A DNA stretch of 64,000 nucleotides, taken from positions 1,643 through 65,642 of IMG/VR virus record IMGVR_UViG_3300035698_028676; one strand, written 5' to 3'. Below are positions 7,711-16,617 of the stretch, piece by piece. The first letter of the stretch is position 1, and every line of letters starts with the position of its first letter. Below the pieces are notes generated by a model. It searched no databases. It had not been told where the DNA came from and worked only from the letters and a program-made list of their open reading frames with translations. Made by a program: the position numbers and the translations under genes. This stretch comes from a virus (Duplodnaviria > Caudoviricetes).

Positions 7711-8906
7711 ATAACATAATAAGTAAGCTATCTAAGAATCAATTGTTCGCAAACAAGCTAGAGGCAATGTATAACTGGATACCATATCATTTCGGAAATG
7801 GAAAAGCATTCAGCCCATTATCTGTAACGTTACTAGTATCATATAGATGCAACTTGAGATGTAAAATGTGTTTCTATTATAACGAGGTAGAGAAAGATAA
7901 GACATGTAAGTTAATAGAACAACGTTCCACTGAGGAGCTTACGCTCCCTCAAATAAAAGATTTAATTGACCAGTGCTCGCTGATGAAAGTTAAGGTATTC
8001 ACCATTCATGGAGGAGAGCCATTACTCTATCCACATATATTTGAGATTTCTAAGTATGCTAAAAGCAATGGAATGATAGTAAACTTTGTAACTAATGGTA
8101 CTCTTATTAATGAAACTATAGCTAACAAGATAGTTGATGCTGGTATTAATCATATAACATTCTCCCTTGACGGTCCGAGACCTATTCATGACGAAGTAAG
8201 GAGTGTACCTGGAACATTCGATAGAATTATTGCAGGAATAAAGATACTAAAAGACATGGAGACTAGTGGAAAAACTGTTCCTGGGATGTCAATTTCAACT
8301 TATGTATCAGCCATTAATCAAAAGAAACTAGCCCAGACATTAAGGGTAATAAACAAGACTGGTATCAAGGATTGGGGAGTTGGATTGATAACACATAACA
8401 GCGACAACTTAACTAACGATACAAAAAAGATATTTAATATGTCGGCAGGAGATGGTCATGGGGGTTTAGGGAATCTTAAAGATGAAGTGAAGAATATTAA
8501 TCTAGACATCTTAAACAATCAGAGAGAGGCATGTAAAATGATTAATAAAGGTGATGATTATGGATTGGATATAATCTTTCCGTCTAAAGATGCTATTAAA
8601 AACTATTATGACCCAACATGGAATGAAGTTCCTAATTGTACATGCCGGTGGTCAAGGACTGTTATCTCCCCTTATGGTGAGGTTTTCCCATGCGTCAATT
8701 TATCAATGATTAACCATATTGTTGGTAACATAAAAGAAGAAAAATTAAAGAAGATATGGAATGGAGAAAAGTATATCGACTTCCGTAAGAAGCTTAAAGA
8801 GTATGGGACGTTTCCTATATGTAGTAAATGTTGTCATATAAATAATAAGAGGAGTATCGCTTTTCAAAGCGATTCAACCTTTTCTTCGAAAAGGAGTCTA
8901 GAATGA
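7707..8906 (+). CDS. Radical SAM protein with SPASM/Twitch domain
   Basis: CNLRCKMC, GGEPLL, TNGTL, SLDG, GEVFPC...CSKCC. Confidence 0.93.
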   Translation: MNNIISKLSKNQLFANKLEAMYNWIPYHFGNGKAFSPLSVTLLVSYRCNLRCKMCFYYNEVEKDKTCKLIEQRSTEELTLPQIKDLIDQCSLMKVKVFTIHGGEPLLYPHIFEISKYAKSNGMIVNFVTNGTLINETIANKIVDAGINHITFSLDGPRPIHDEVRSVPGTFDRIIAGIKILKDMETSGKTVPGMSISTYVSAINQKKLAQTLRVINKTGIKDWGVGLITHNSDNLTNDTKKIFNMSAGDGHGGLGNLKDEVKNINLDILNNQREACKMINKGDDYGLDIIFPSKDAIKNYYDPTWNEVPNCTCRWSRTVISPYGEVFPCVNLSMINHIVGNIKEEKLKKIWNGEKYIDFRKKLKEYGTFPICSKCCHINNKRSIAFQSDSTFSSKRSLE

Positions 8907-9919
8907 AGAAAAAATGTTTGCAATGTAATATAGAATTTGAGGTTAGGCCATCAAATGTAAAAAGAGGTCATGGAAAATATTGCTCTGTAAAATGCTTAGC
9001 TAAAGCTAAAACCACAAAAATAAAAAAGAAATGCCCACAATGTGAAGTTGAATTTGAGGTTTACCCTTCAGATATAAAAAGAGGTAGAGGCAAATATTGT
9101 TCTAGGTCTTGCTCATCTAAAGCAAGAATTGTAATTATAAAAAAGATATGCCCTAATTGTAGGATTGAATTTGAAAGCCGTTTAGCAAAAAATAAAAAAT
9201 ATTGTTCTAAGATATGTGCAGACAATTTCTCCAATCGTTTAATAAAGAATATAACTAAACCTCAAGTAAAGGTAAATAGGAGTTGTTTAAACTGTGGGAT
9301 TGAATTCAAAGTCCAGCCTTCAAAAATTAAAAGAGGTGGTGGCAAATATTGTTCTAGGTCTTGCTCATCTAAAGCTCAGACTATAAGAATCAAAAAGAAA
9401 TGTATTCAGTGTGGAACCGAATTTGAAATTTGGCCATCTCATATTATAAGAGGTGGTGGGAAGTATTGCTCCAAAGAGTGCTCAGATGGATCTAGGAAAA
9501 CAAAAATAAAAAAGAAATGTATCCAATGCGGGATTAAATTTGAAACACATTTGTCAAGAAATAATAAATACTGTTCTACTAGATGTTCACATTTAGGAAA
9601 CTCTGGAGAAAATTGTAGCCTTTGGGTAGATGGTAAATCTTTTGCGCCATATTCTTTAAACTGGAATAATACTTTTAGAAAATATATTAGAAGAAGAGAT
9701 TCTTATCTTTGTGCTTTATGTCATCGTCATCAGGATGAATTTAATCGTTCACATTGTGTGCATCATATAGATGGCAATAAAATGAACACTACAAACGAAA
9801 ACTGTATATCACTTTGTAGTCGACATCATATGATTGTTGAAAAGTCTGGTAAAGCTCAATCTTTTTGGGGTCCTAGATTCAAAAAAATATTAACTAAAAT
9901 TCATGGATATAAATATTAA
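8903..9919 (+). CDS. HNH endonuclease with six CxxC...YCSxxC zinc-finger repeats
   Basis: Repeated CxxCxxEF...KYCSxxC; IRRRD..C..C, VHHIDGNKMN...NCISLC..HH. Confidence 0.88.
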   Translation: MKKKCLQCNIEFEVRPSNVKRGHGKYCSVKCLAKAKTTKIKKKCPQCEVEFEVYPSDIKRGRGKYCSRSCSSKARIVIIKKICPNCRIEFESRLAKNKKYCSKICADNFSNRLIKNITKPQVKVNRSCLNCGIEFKVQPSKIKRGGGKYCSRSCSSKAQTIRIKKKCIQCGTEFEIWPSHIIRGGGKYCSKECSDGSRKTKIKKKCIQCGIKFETHLSRNNKYCSTRCSHLGNSGENCSLWVDGKSFAPYSLNWNNTFRKYIRRRDSYLCALCHRHQDEFNRSHCVHHIDGNKMNTTNENCISLCSRHHMIVEKSGKAQSFWGPRFKKILTKIHGYKY

Positions 9920-9920
9920 A

Positions 9921-10286
9921 ATGACTGAACAAATATCAATAGGTGATAAATGGAAAAGAAGAGTAGCTGTATTCAAATTTACTTTAGGTAGGGGATATAT
10001 ATTTCTTCAACTCCCAGCTTTAAGCTTAGTTGGAGCAGGAGTACTCGCACCTTATTTCCCAGGATTAGGACTATGGATATTAGCTATAGCAGCATTTGTA
10101 GCTTTTGTATTTGTAGGATGGTTAGATGTTAAGTTTAATATATTACAAGAAGAACAAAAGTATATGACTGAAAAGAACCCTATGTTAATGGAAGGATTGT
10201 TCGGAGAGAACAAAAAACTTCTTAAACAAATCAGTGCCCAGCAAATAATAGACGATTTAAACAATGAATTAATTAAGGATGAATAA
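9921..10286 (+). CDS. Two-TM membrane protein
   Basis: Hydrophobic hairpin; start set at MTEQ after upstream stop. Confidence 0.65.
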   Translation: MTEQISIGDKWKRRVAVFKFTLGRGYIFLQLPALSLVGAGVLAPYFPGLGLWILAIAAFVAFVFVGWLDVKFNILQEEQKYMTEKNPMLMEGLFGENKKLLKQISAQQIIDDLNNELIKDE

Positions 10287-10764
10287 TAAAAATAAAAAAT
10301 ATATACCAGAAAAAGAATTTATTAAGATATATGAAAGAGTTCCAAGGTTCTGTGTAGAGGTATTGGTTAAAACTAAGGATGGAATAATTATTACTAAAAG
10401 AGCTATAGAACCCATGAATGGGAGTTGGCATTTTGCAGGTGGGACAGTTCATCTTAAAGAATCAATAAAAGAGGCAGTTAGAAGAGTAGCTAAAGAAGAA
10501 TTGAATTTAGATGTTGAGATTATTAAGGGTGTTGGAGAGATGGAGTTCTTAAATAATTATAAAAAGAAAGGGAATAAACATATGGTATCAATAGCATATT
10601 TAGTTAAAGCAAAAGACATCAGTTCTATTAAATTAGATAGGCAGGCAAGTAGTTTCATGTTCTGTAAATACAAAAGCGATATACCAAAACATACAGTTAA
10701 GGAGCATACTGTTCTATTAAATAAAATACTAAAGGATAAGCCAGATGCATTGCCCATCATGTAA
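10279..10764 (+). CDS. Nudix hydrolase (GDP-mannose mannosyl hydrolase-like)
   Basis: WHFAGGTVHLKESIKEAVRRVAKEEL Nudix box; N-terminal EFIKIYERVPRFCVE. Confidence 0.85.
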   Translation: MNNKNKKYIPEKEFIKIYERVPRFCVEVLVKTKDGIIITKRAIEPMNGSWHFAGGTVHLKESIKEAVRRVAKEELNLDVEIIKGVGEMEFLNNYKKKGNKHMVSIAYLVKAKDISSIKLDRQASSFMFCKYKSDIPKHTVKEHTVLLNKILKDKPDALPIM

Positions 10765-10878
10765 TGGGGAGCTTACTAATATTTATATGAGAATTGGAGA
10801 TGTATATGAAGTTATTCAAAAAAGATATATCTGCCAGGCATGTCATAAAATAATTAAATTTGAGTATAAGGAATTACA

Positions 10879-11592
10879 ATGAATAAAATTAAAGTAAATA
10901 ACAAAGATATCCCAACTGGATACGGGTCTGATTATCATAAGAATAGACACCAACACTTATATACAAATTCAAAGTATTATAAAGTTAGGTCTGAAATTGC
11001 CAAACTAAGATATTTTAACAATATAGATGGTATAGAGAATAAAAAGATATTAGAATTTGGTGCAGGGCTTGGACAGAACCTATCAGCATTAGATACAAAG
11101 AAGAAGGTTGGATATGATATATCTGAATTTGCAGTTAAGTTTAGCCGAGAGAAGGGAGTATTATCTACAACAGACATCACTAGAATCCCTGATAACACCT
11201 TCGATATAGTATTCTCTGCTCATGTGCTAGAACATGTAGATAATCCATTGGAAACACTGCGTGTAATGCGTTCTAAGCTACGAAAAGATGGTAGGCTTAT
11301 ACTTATTACCCCACTAGATAGATGTAAAAAGATAAAAGATAAGAACAACGTCTTTCGTCCTGATGTAAATCAGCATTTGTGGACATGGACACCACAGCTT
11401 ATGACTAACCTTTTAGTTAAGGCAGGATTTAAACCGGTTAGTAGTAAAATAATTCATACATTTGCTTATAAGAAACTTTTATTATTTCGTAAGTTAGGGT
11501 TAAGAACTTATGACTGGGCTACTAGGTTTGCTGGAGTAATAGCTAGAGATAGAGAACTAAAATTTGAAGCGACTAAGGTAGAAAATGAATGA
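10879..11592 (+). CDS. Class I SAM-dependent methyltransferase
   Basis: ILEFGAGLG, FDIVFSAHVLEHV, LILITP. Confidence 0.9.
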   Translation: MNKIKVNNKDIPTGYGSDYHKNRHQHLYTNSKYYKVRSEIAKLRYFNNIDGIENKKILEFGAGLGQNLSALDTKKKVGYDISEFAVKFSREKGVLSTTDITRIPDNTFDIVFSAHVLEHVDNPLETLRVMRSKLRKDGRLILITPLDRCKKIKDKNNVFRPDVNQHLWTWTPQLMTNLLVKAGFKPVSSKIIHTFAYKKLLLFRKLGLRTYDWATRFAGVIARDRELKFEATKVENE

Positions 11593-11944
11593 GATAGAAT
11601 ACAAGAGGGGAATAGAAAGGCAAGTGTGTGAGGAAGTAGTATCAAAGGATAAAAGAAGATTCTTAAAACATCTTGGTAATGGGATAGTAATTGGATTCAT
11701 AATAATGTTTATTGGATTTATATTAATTATGGCCCTAACCTCATGCAACCAAGATAATTTTTATGGTATAATGATAGTTTTTGTAGGAGTTGTTCTTGTA
11801 ATGACGCATGGAATAATTTATGATTATAATGGTGGATATGAGGCAGGGGAATATGGAGTTACAGAAATAATTAAGAGAAGAGAATTTATAGATTTAATAA
11901 ATACAAAAACAGGTAAAATTAATAGGTTGTTTGTGGAAAAATGA
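11585..11944 (+). CDS. Two-TM membrane protein
   Basis: Two hydrophobic helices. Confidence 0.65.
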   Translation: MNEIEYKRGIERQVCEEVVSKDKRRFLKHLGNGIVIGFIIMFIGFILIMALTSCNQDNFYGIMIVFVGVVLVMTHGIIYDYNGGYEAGEYGVTEIIKRREFIDLINTKTGKINRLFVEK

Positions 11945-12120
11945 AACTAAGTAAAATATATTCATTGATATGGGTTATAGCAGGAATTGCATTATCAGTT
12001 GTAGATTGGAGATTTGGAATTATATGGGTAATCTCTATGGTACTAACTGACTTAAATAATTTTCAAAGAAAAAGAGAGGATAGGAACAAAAATAAAAAGA
12101 TACCTACATATATAAGATGA
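11941..12120 (+). CDS. Small membrane protein (59 aa, not in ORF track)
   Basis: MKLSKIYSLIWVIAGIALSVVDWRFGIIWVISMVL...; ATGA overlaps at both ends. Confidence 0.55.
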   Translation: MKLSKIYSLIWVIAGIALSVVDWRFGIIWVISMVLTDLNNFQRKREDRNKNKKIPTYIR

Positions 12121-12236
12121 CAGAAGAAGAATTATATACTAGTGAAGATATATTAAAAATGATAGATGAAGCCCCAGATATAGATCGAGTTGGAGAATAT
12201 TTAAGAGATAGACTTACTCAGGGGAAAGCATGGTAA
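12117..12236 (+). CDS. Small acidic protein (39 aa, not in ORF track)
   Basis: MTEEELYTSEDILKMIDEAPDIDRVGEYLRDRLTQGKAW*; fills operon gap. Confidence 0.5.
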   Translation: MTEEELYTSEDILKMIDEAPDIDRVGEYLRDRLTQGKAW

Positions 12237-13132
12237 ATAAACCAAAAGCATTCGTAGCTGCATGTTCAGCAGGATTAGGCAATAGAATTAAATGTATGGT
12301 ATCAATAATAGGAAGTTCTAAAGATTATAAACCACAGGTTTATTGGCCAATAAATAATGAATGTGGATGTAGCTTTGATGAGCTATTCGAGAAAGAAACT
12401 ATATTTAAAGAAATAGGCAGAAGTGAACTTTATGGAGTTGAGGTTGACGCTAAGTATGGTGATGCATATATAAATAAATCATGGAAGATTGATAACGATT
12501 CTGATATAGATTTTATGTATCATAAATTACCACAAGCTAAGATAGATGAAATTCTAGAATGTTTTGCAGATATATATCCGAAGGAAGATATCATAGATGC
12601 AGCATGGGCATTTCGTAACAAGTATATAGATAGCTTTAATAGGTGTGAGGTTATAGGAGTTCATATAAGGAAAGGAGATTTTAAAGGATTACAAGATGGT
12701 CGATATTATGTATCACAAGAGAGTGACTTCATAGAAAGGATGAAGAACTTATTAGAAGTGAACCCTAACTATAAGTTTTTATTATGTACTGAAGATGAAG
12801 AAACAGAAGAAAAGTTTCGATCAATATTTGGGAGTAATGCTATTATATATTTTCCTAAACGTTTTAGAGGTAGAACTTGTCCTAACGCTATAAAAGAAGC
12901 CTTTGTTGATATCTTATTACTATCTGAATGTCCTATAATAATAGGAACATTCCTAAGCACATTTACTGAGATAGCATGGTGGATAGGTGGGTGCAAAGCT
13001 AAGGTTGTTATCCCTGGAACTAGTGACAAAGAAGCTGTAGCTAAAGTCTTATCTAAGCTACCACAGAAAGGAGAATGGATTCACAAGAAAATACTAAGGA
13101 GAATAAGAATATGGATAAAAGAAGGAATATGA
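12230..13132 (+). CDS. Fucosyltransferase-like glycosyltransferase (GT11/GT23-type motifs)
   Basis: AGLGNRI, GVHIRKGD, DILLLSEC..IIGTFLSTF. Confidence 0.8.
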   Translation: MVNKPKAFVAACSAGLGNRIKCMVSIIGSSKDYKPQVYWPINNECGCSFDELFEKETIFKEIGRSELYGVEVDAKYGDAYINKSWKIDNDSDIDFMYHKLPQAKIDEILECFADIYPKEDIIDAAWAFRNKYIDSFNRCEVIGVHIRKGDFKGLQDGRYYVSQESDFIERMKNLLEVNPNYKFLLCTEDEETEEKFRSIFGSNAIIYFPKRFRGRTCPNAIKEAFVDILLLSECPIIIGTFLSTFTEIAWWIGGCKAKVVIPGTSDKEAVAKVLSKLPQKGEWIHKKILRRIRIWIKEGI

Positions 13133-13293
13133 GAAGAGAGAAATTAGGCATACTTGATATGGTATTTTTTACTATACTATTTATACCATTTCTATTAATT
13201 GACCTATTTCATATCGCTAATGAAACTACTGAATATGAGAGGATGGGACGAAATCGCCCATCCGTCGATACCGAAAGGAGAAGTGAACAATGA
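13129..13293 (+). CDS. Small membrane protein
   Basis: One TM helix; start set at MRREK (ATGA overlap). Confidence 0.5.
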   Translation: MRREKLGILDMVFFTILFIPFLLIDLFHIANETTEYERMGRNRPSVDTERRSEQ

Positions 13294-14486
13294 TAATAGC
13301 ACATGTATGTCCATACTACACTCCAGCTATCGGAGGAGTTAAGCAGGTTGTTGAGGAGTTAGCTAAGAGGCAAATATCTAAAGATAATTCCAACGCTAAC
13401 GCTCAATTCACAGAAGGCAATGAAGTTCATGTATTTACATCTGACTGGGATAAAAACAACCGAATAGAAGTTATGGATGAAGTAATTGATGGTGTCAATG
13501 TACACCGTTGCAAGCACTATCTAAAGGTAAGTTCATTCTCCACTATATGGCCAGGGGTTTATAGTAAACTTCTAGAGCTAAAACCAGATGTTATACACGC
13601 TCATGTCACTGGGCACCTTCATACATATTTAGCTAAGAAGGCAGCTAAGAAGTTAGAGGAACGTTGCGATAGCGGATGTAAGTTTATAATCACAACACAT
13701 TGTCCATGGGAATCTAAACGTAGCTTACCTGGAACTATAGCTAACTTTATAAGCTATAAGTTTTTTCCTGTGCTTAAATATGCGGATGCAGTTATAGCGA
13801 TTACTCCATGGGAGCATAAGTTCTTAAAAGCAGAAGGTGTTAAGCCTGAGAGAATACACACTATTCCCAATGGAATGGATAAATCATTCTTTAATAAGAT
13901 TGAGCCGAATATGTTTAAAGAGAAACATAATATACCAGAGCATCATAAAATAGTTCTATTCTTTGGTAGGTTAAACTATACAAAGAATCCACAGATGTTT
14001 ATCGAAATTGCTGATAAGGTATTAAAGGAAAGGAATAATGCAACTTTTGTAATGTGTGGTCCGGATGAAGGGGAGCTTGAAGATGTTACTAATAAGATAG
14101 ATAGCTTATATCCAAGAGTAAAAAATAATTTCAGATTACTACCTCCAAATAGGAATAGACAAGATATAATAGAAATGTATCAGGCATCAGATATATACCT
14201 TCTTCCTTCTCGTCGTGAAGGTTTGCCCCTTACAATTTTCGAAGCATATGCTAGTGGATTGCCTGTAATTGGAAGTTCGGTAAATGGTGTATCTTATGAA
14301 TTGAAGGATAAGGTTAATGGGTTTTTACTACCTCATAGTGATACCAATAGCTTTATAAAGCGAACTAACTTTATTCTAGATAACGAAAGACTTAGACATC
14401 AGTTTTCAATTAATAATGAAACTAAAGCTAAGGATTTTGATTGGGACTTAATAAATAAGAGGACAATGGAAGTATATAAAAAATGA
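13290..14486 (+). CDS. Glycosyltransferase family 4
   Basis: GGV, IPNG, FGRL..KN, PSRREGLPLTIFEAYASGLPV. Confidence 0.93.
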   Translation: MIIAHVCPYYTPAIGGVKQVVEELAKRQISKDNSNANAQFTEGNEVHVFTSDWDKNNRIEVMDEVIDGVNVHRCKHYLKVSSFSTIWPGVYSKLLELKPDVIHAHVTGHLHTYLAKKAAKKLEERCDSGCKFIITTHCPWESKRSLPGTIANFISYKFFPVLKYADAVIAITPWEHKFLKAEGVKPERIHTIPNGMDKSFFNKIEPNMFKEKHNIPEHHKIVLFFGRLNYTKNPQMFIEIADKVLKERNNATFVMCGPDEGELEDVTNKIDSLYPRVKNNFRLLPPNRNRQDIIEMYQASDIYLLPSRREGLPLTIFEAYASGLPVIGSSVNGVSYELKDKVNGFLLPHSDTNSFIKRTNFILDNERLRHQFSINNETKAKDFDWDLINKRTMEVYKK

Positions 14487-14567
14487 AAATTAGAGTATTG
14501 AGAAGGAAAATCATCAAAGATGATGCACCTTTAAATATTATTAATATTGAAAGGAGGTTTAAAAAAA

Positions 14568-15089
14568 ATGAATAAAAAATATATGTATAGTTTTGTAGCT
14601 TTATTGGCTATTGGATTAGTTAGTGCTGGATTAACTGGTTATTTCTCCAATACTGTTGAGGCAGACTTTACTGCAGAACATCCAATTTTAATTACTGGAT
14701 TCGATGATGATTTAACTGATTTCCAAGGGGGAGAAACTAGAACCATTCAAGCCCATCTCTCAAATGAAGCAGATGTAGAAATCCAAGGATTACTTCAAAT
14801 AGTAATTAGTGAAGCTCATGTAAGTATTAATGATTTTGAAGCGTTGACAGGGAATATCCACGAATATGTTAATGAAGCACTTACTTTCTCTAGCGGAGAT
14901 TTAGATTTAACAGTTGAAGAAGGATTTGTGGAATCTATTGACTCTTCTATCCCTGGTGAAGTAACTATTACTACAGGAGTAAGAACTTTTGAAGTAGGAG
15001 AAGATTGGGATGCTAGCATAACAATGACATTAGCAACAGATGCTACTGGAACTTATACTATTGAAGCGTCAATAATTCCATTAGTATAA
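14568..15089 (+). CDS. Secreted acidic protein
   Basis: Signal peptide MNKKYMYSFVALLAIGLVSA; SD GAAAGGAGGT places start at 14568. Confidence 0.75.
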   Translation: MNKKYMYSFVALLAIGLVSAGLTGYFSNTVEADFTAEHPILITGFDDDLTDFQGGETRTIQAHLSNEADVEIQGLLQIVISEAHVSINDFEALTGNIHEYVNEALTFSSGDLDLTVEEGFVESIDSSIPGEVTITTGVRTFEVGEDWDASITMTLATDATGTYTIEASIIPLV

Positions 15090-15162
15090 ACACAAACACA
15101 ATTTAATTTTTTTGCTTTTATTTTTGGCAAAAGGGAAGGACAATAGGAGAGAACAAAACAAA

Positions 15163-16170
15163 ATGAGAAAACATATAATAACAATAACACTAGGATTAAT
15201 CCTAATCAGTTTAGCTTCAGCAGGGATAGAACTTAATATAGATAATACAGATTGGAGTTCTTATTCTGGAGAGAGCAATTCATATAATATAGAAGTATGT
15301 AATGAATTAGGAGAAAGAGAAATATTTTTATCTTATGATATATCTGGAAATAGTTATGATATGAGTGGAATCAATTTTAGCTTTTCAGAGAATCCAATAA
15401 TATTTGAAGGATGTAAAGATATTAATTTTGTAATAACATCACAAGCGAATTATCAGCCAGATAATTATAGCATATCTATATATGCTATGACATCACAATC
15501 TGAAACTATAGGTTATACTACAGACAACAATTCGATAACATACAATGATTTAGATGTAGAACTAATTATAGAATCAGATACAAATGGGACAGTAGAGGTT
15601 ATAAAGACAAGTGCTAACCCTAAGAGCGGGTTTTCAATCCCAGCCTTAGGAATTTTTCTAGATATAAAGTCAGATGATATTCAAAATTCAACTACAATTA
15701 AAGTATTCTATACAGACCAAGAAGTTAGTGATGCTGGGATAGTAGAATCAACAATGAGATTATATTACTTCAACGAGACTAGTCAAGCATGGGAAAAATA
15801 TGATGGGCTAGAGGGTGGAGTAGATACTACTAATAACTATGTCTGGGCAAAGACAAATCACTTCTCTATATGGGGAGCCTTTGGAACTGCAGTTGTAGTA
15901 CCCAGTACTTCTAGTGGCGGATGGTCAAGAACAAAATATCTTTATGCAGATAATATCACAATAGTTAAAGAAGTCTTTGTAGATAGGAACATAACCGCAG
16001 AGCCTAAGGTGTGTAATACCTGTGATATAAAAGAAACTATAAAAGAAACAATTGATGAGAGTAGCCCATGGACAAAAGTTTATTGGGCCTTAGGTATAAT
16101 TGCTCTGTTGTTTGTAATCTTTAAGTTAATAAGCTGGTTCCGTTCTGATAGCGCTACTACCATAGAGTAG
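15163..16170 (+). CDS. Cell-surface glycoprotein (PGF-pre-PGF-like domain, C-terminal TM anchor)
   Basis: Signal peptide; LYYFNET..WE..GGVDT..NYVWAKTNHFS; many NxS/T sequons. Confidence 0.75.
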   Translation: MRKHIITITLGLILISLASAGIELNIDNTDWSSYSGESNSYNIEVCNELGEREIFLSYDISGNSYDMSGINFSFSENPIIFEGCKDINFVITSQANYQPDNYSISIYAMTSQSETIGYTTDNNSITYNDLDVELIIESDTNGTVEVIKTSANPKSGFSIPALGIFLDIKSDDIQNSTTIKVFYTDQEVSDAGIVESTMRLYYFNETSQAWEKYDGLEGGVDTTNNYVWAKTNHFSIWGAFGTAVVVPSTSSGGWSRTKYLYADNITIVKEVFVDRNITAEPKVCNTCDIKETIKETIDESSPWTKVYWALGIIALLFVIFKLISWFRSDSATTIE

Positions 16171-16188
16171 TATCGGAAAGTTTATAAA
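16155..16188 (+). promoter_or_regulatory. Class A promoter copy 5
   Basis: TACTAC-CAT-AGAGTA-GTATCGGAAAG-TTTATAAA; contains the TAG stop of the upstream gene. Confidence 0.85.
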
Positions 16189-16211
16189 GGATGACTCTAT
16201 AGATAGATAGT

Positions 16212-16616
16212 ATGGTTAATAAAAAGATAAAAAAGAAAGATGAAGCAGAATGTGAATATTGCCATATAACTGGTAATAGTCTTGACATATTAGAGCATGA
16301 GAAGAAGTGTGAGAAGCGGTATAGTGGTATTGGTGGGTGGTTAATACTTCCAATTATAGGATTGTTTTTTAATATTATAAGTTTATTAATTATAGAGTTA
16401 AATATTATAAGTATATTAATAATTATATTATGGGGTACAACCTTATATTTTATTTTTCAGAAAAGAAGAATAGCTAGAACACTAGGTATTTTTTCTTATG
16501 CTGTGCCTCTTTTGATATTTATATTTACTGAGGAATATACTTCTGTATTGGGTTCTTTTATATGGATGTTATACTTTATTGAATCCAAAAGAGTAAAAAA
16601 CACTTTCATAAATTAA
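16212..16616 (+). CDS. DUF2569-like membrane protein with N-terminal zinc finger
   Basis: CEYC..HEKKC; GIGGWLIL; YF..SKRVKNTF. Confidence 0.7.
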   Translation: MVNKKIKKKDEAECEYCHITGNSLDILEHEKKCEKRYSGIGGWLILPIIGLFFNIISLLIIELNIISILIIILWGTTLYFIFQKRRIARTLGIFSYAVPLLIFIFTEEYTSVLGSFIWMLYFIESKRVKNTFIN

Positions 16617-16617
16617 T

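Noticed and set aside
7410-8906. Confident RiPP cluster call
   Set aside because: No RRE, peptidase or transporter is recognisable; the glycan context is a simpler explanation, so it is kept only as a possibility.
13266-13280. GATACCGAAAGG as another class A promoter
   Set aside because: BRE-like part only; no TATA box or palindromic box.
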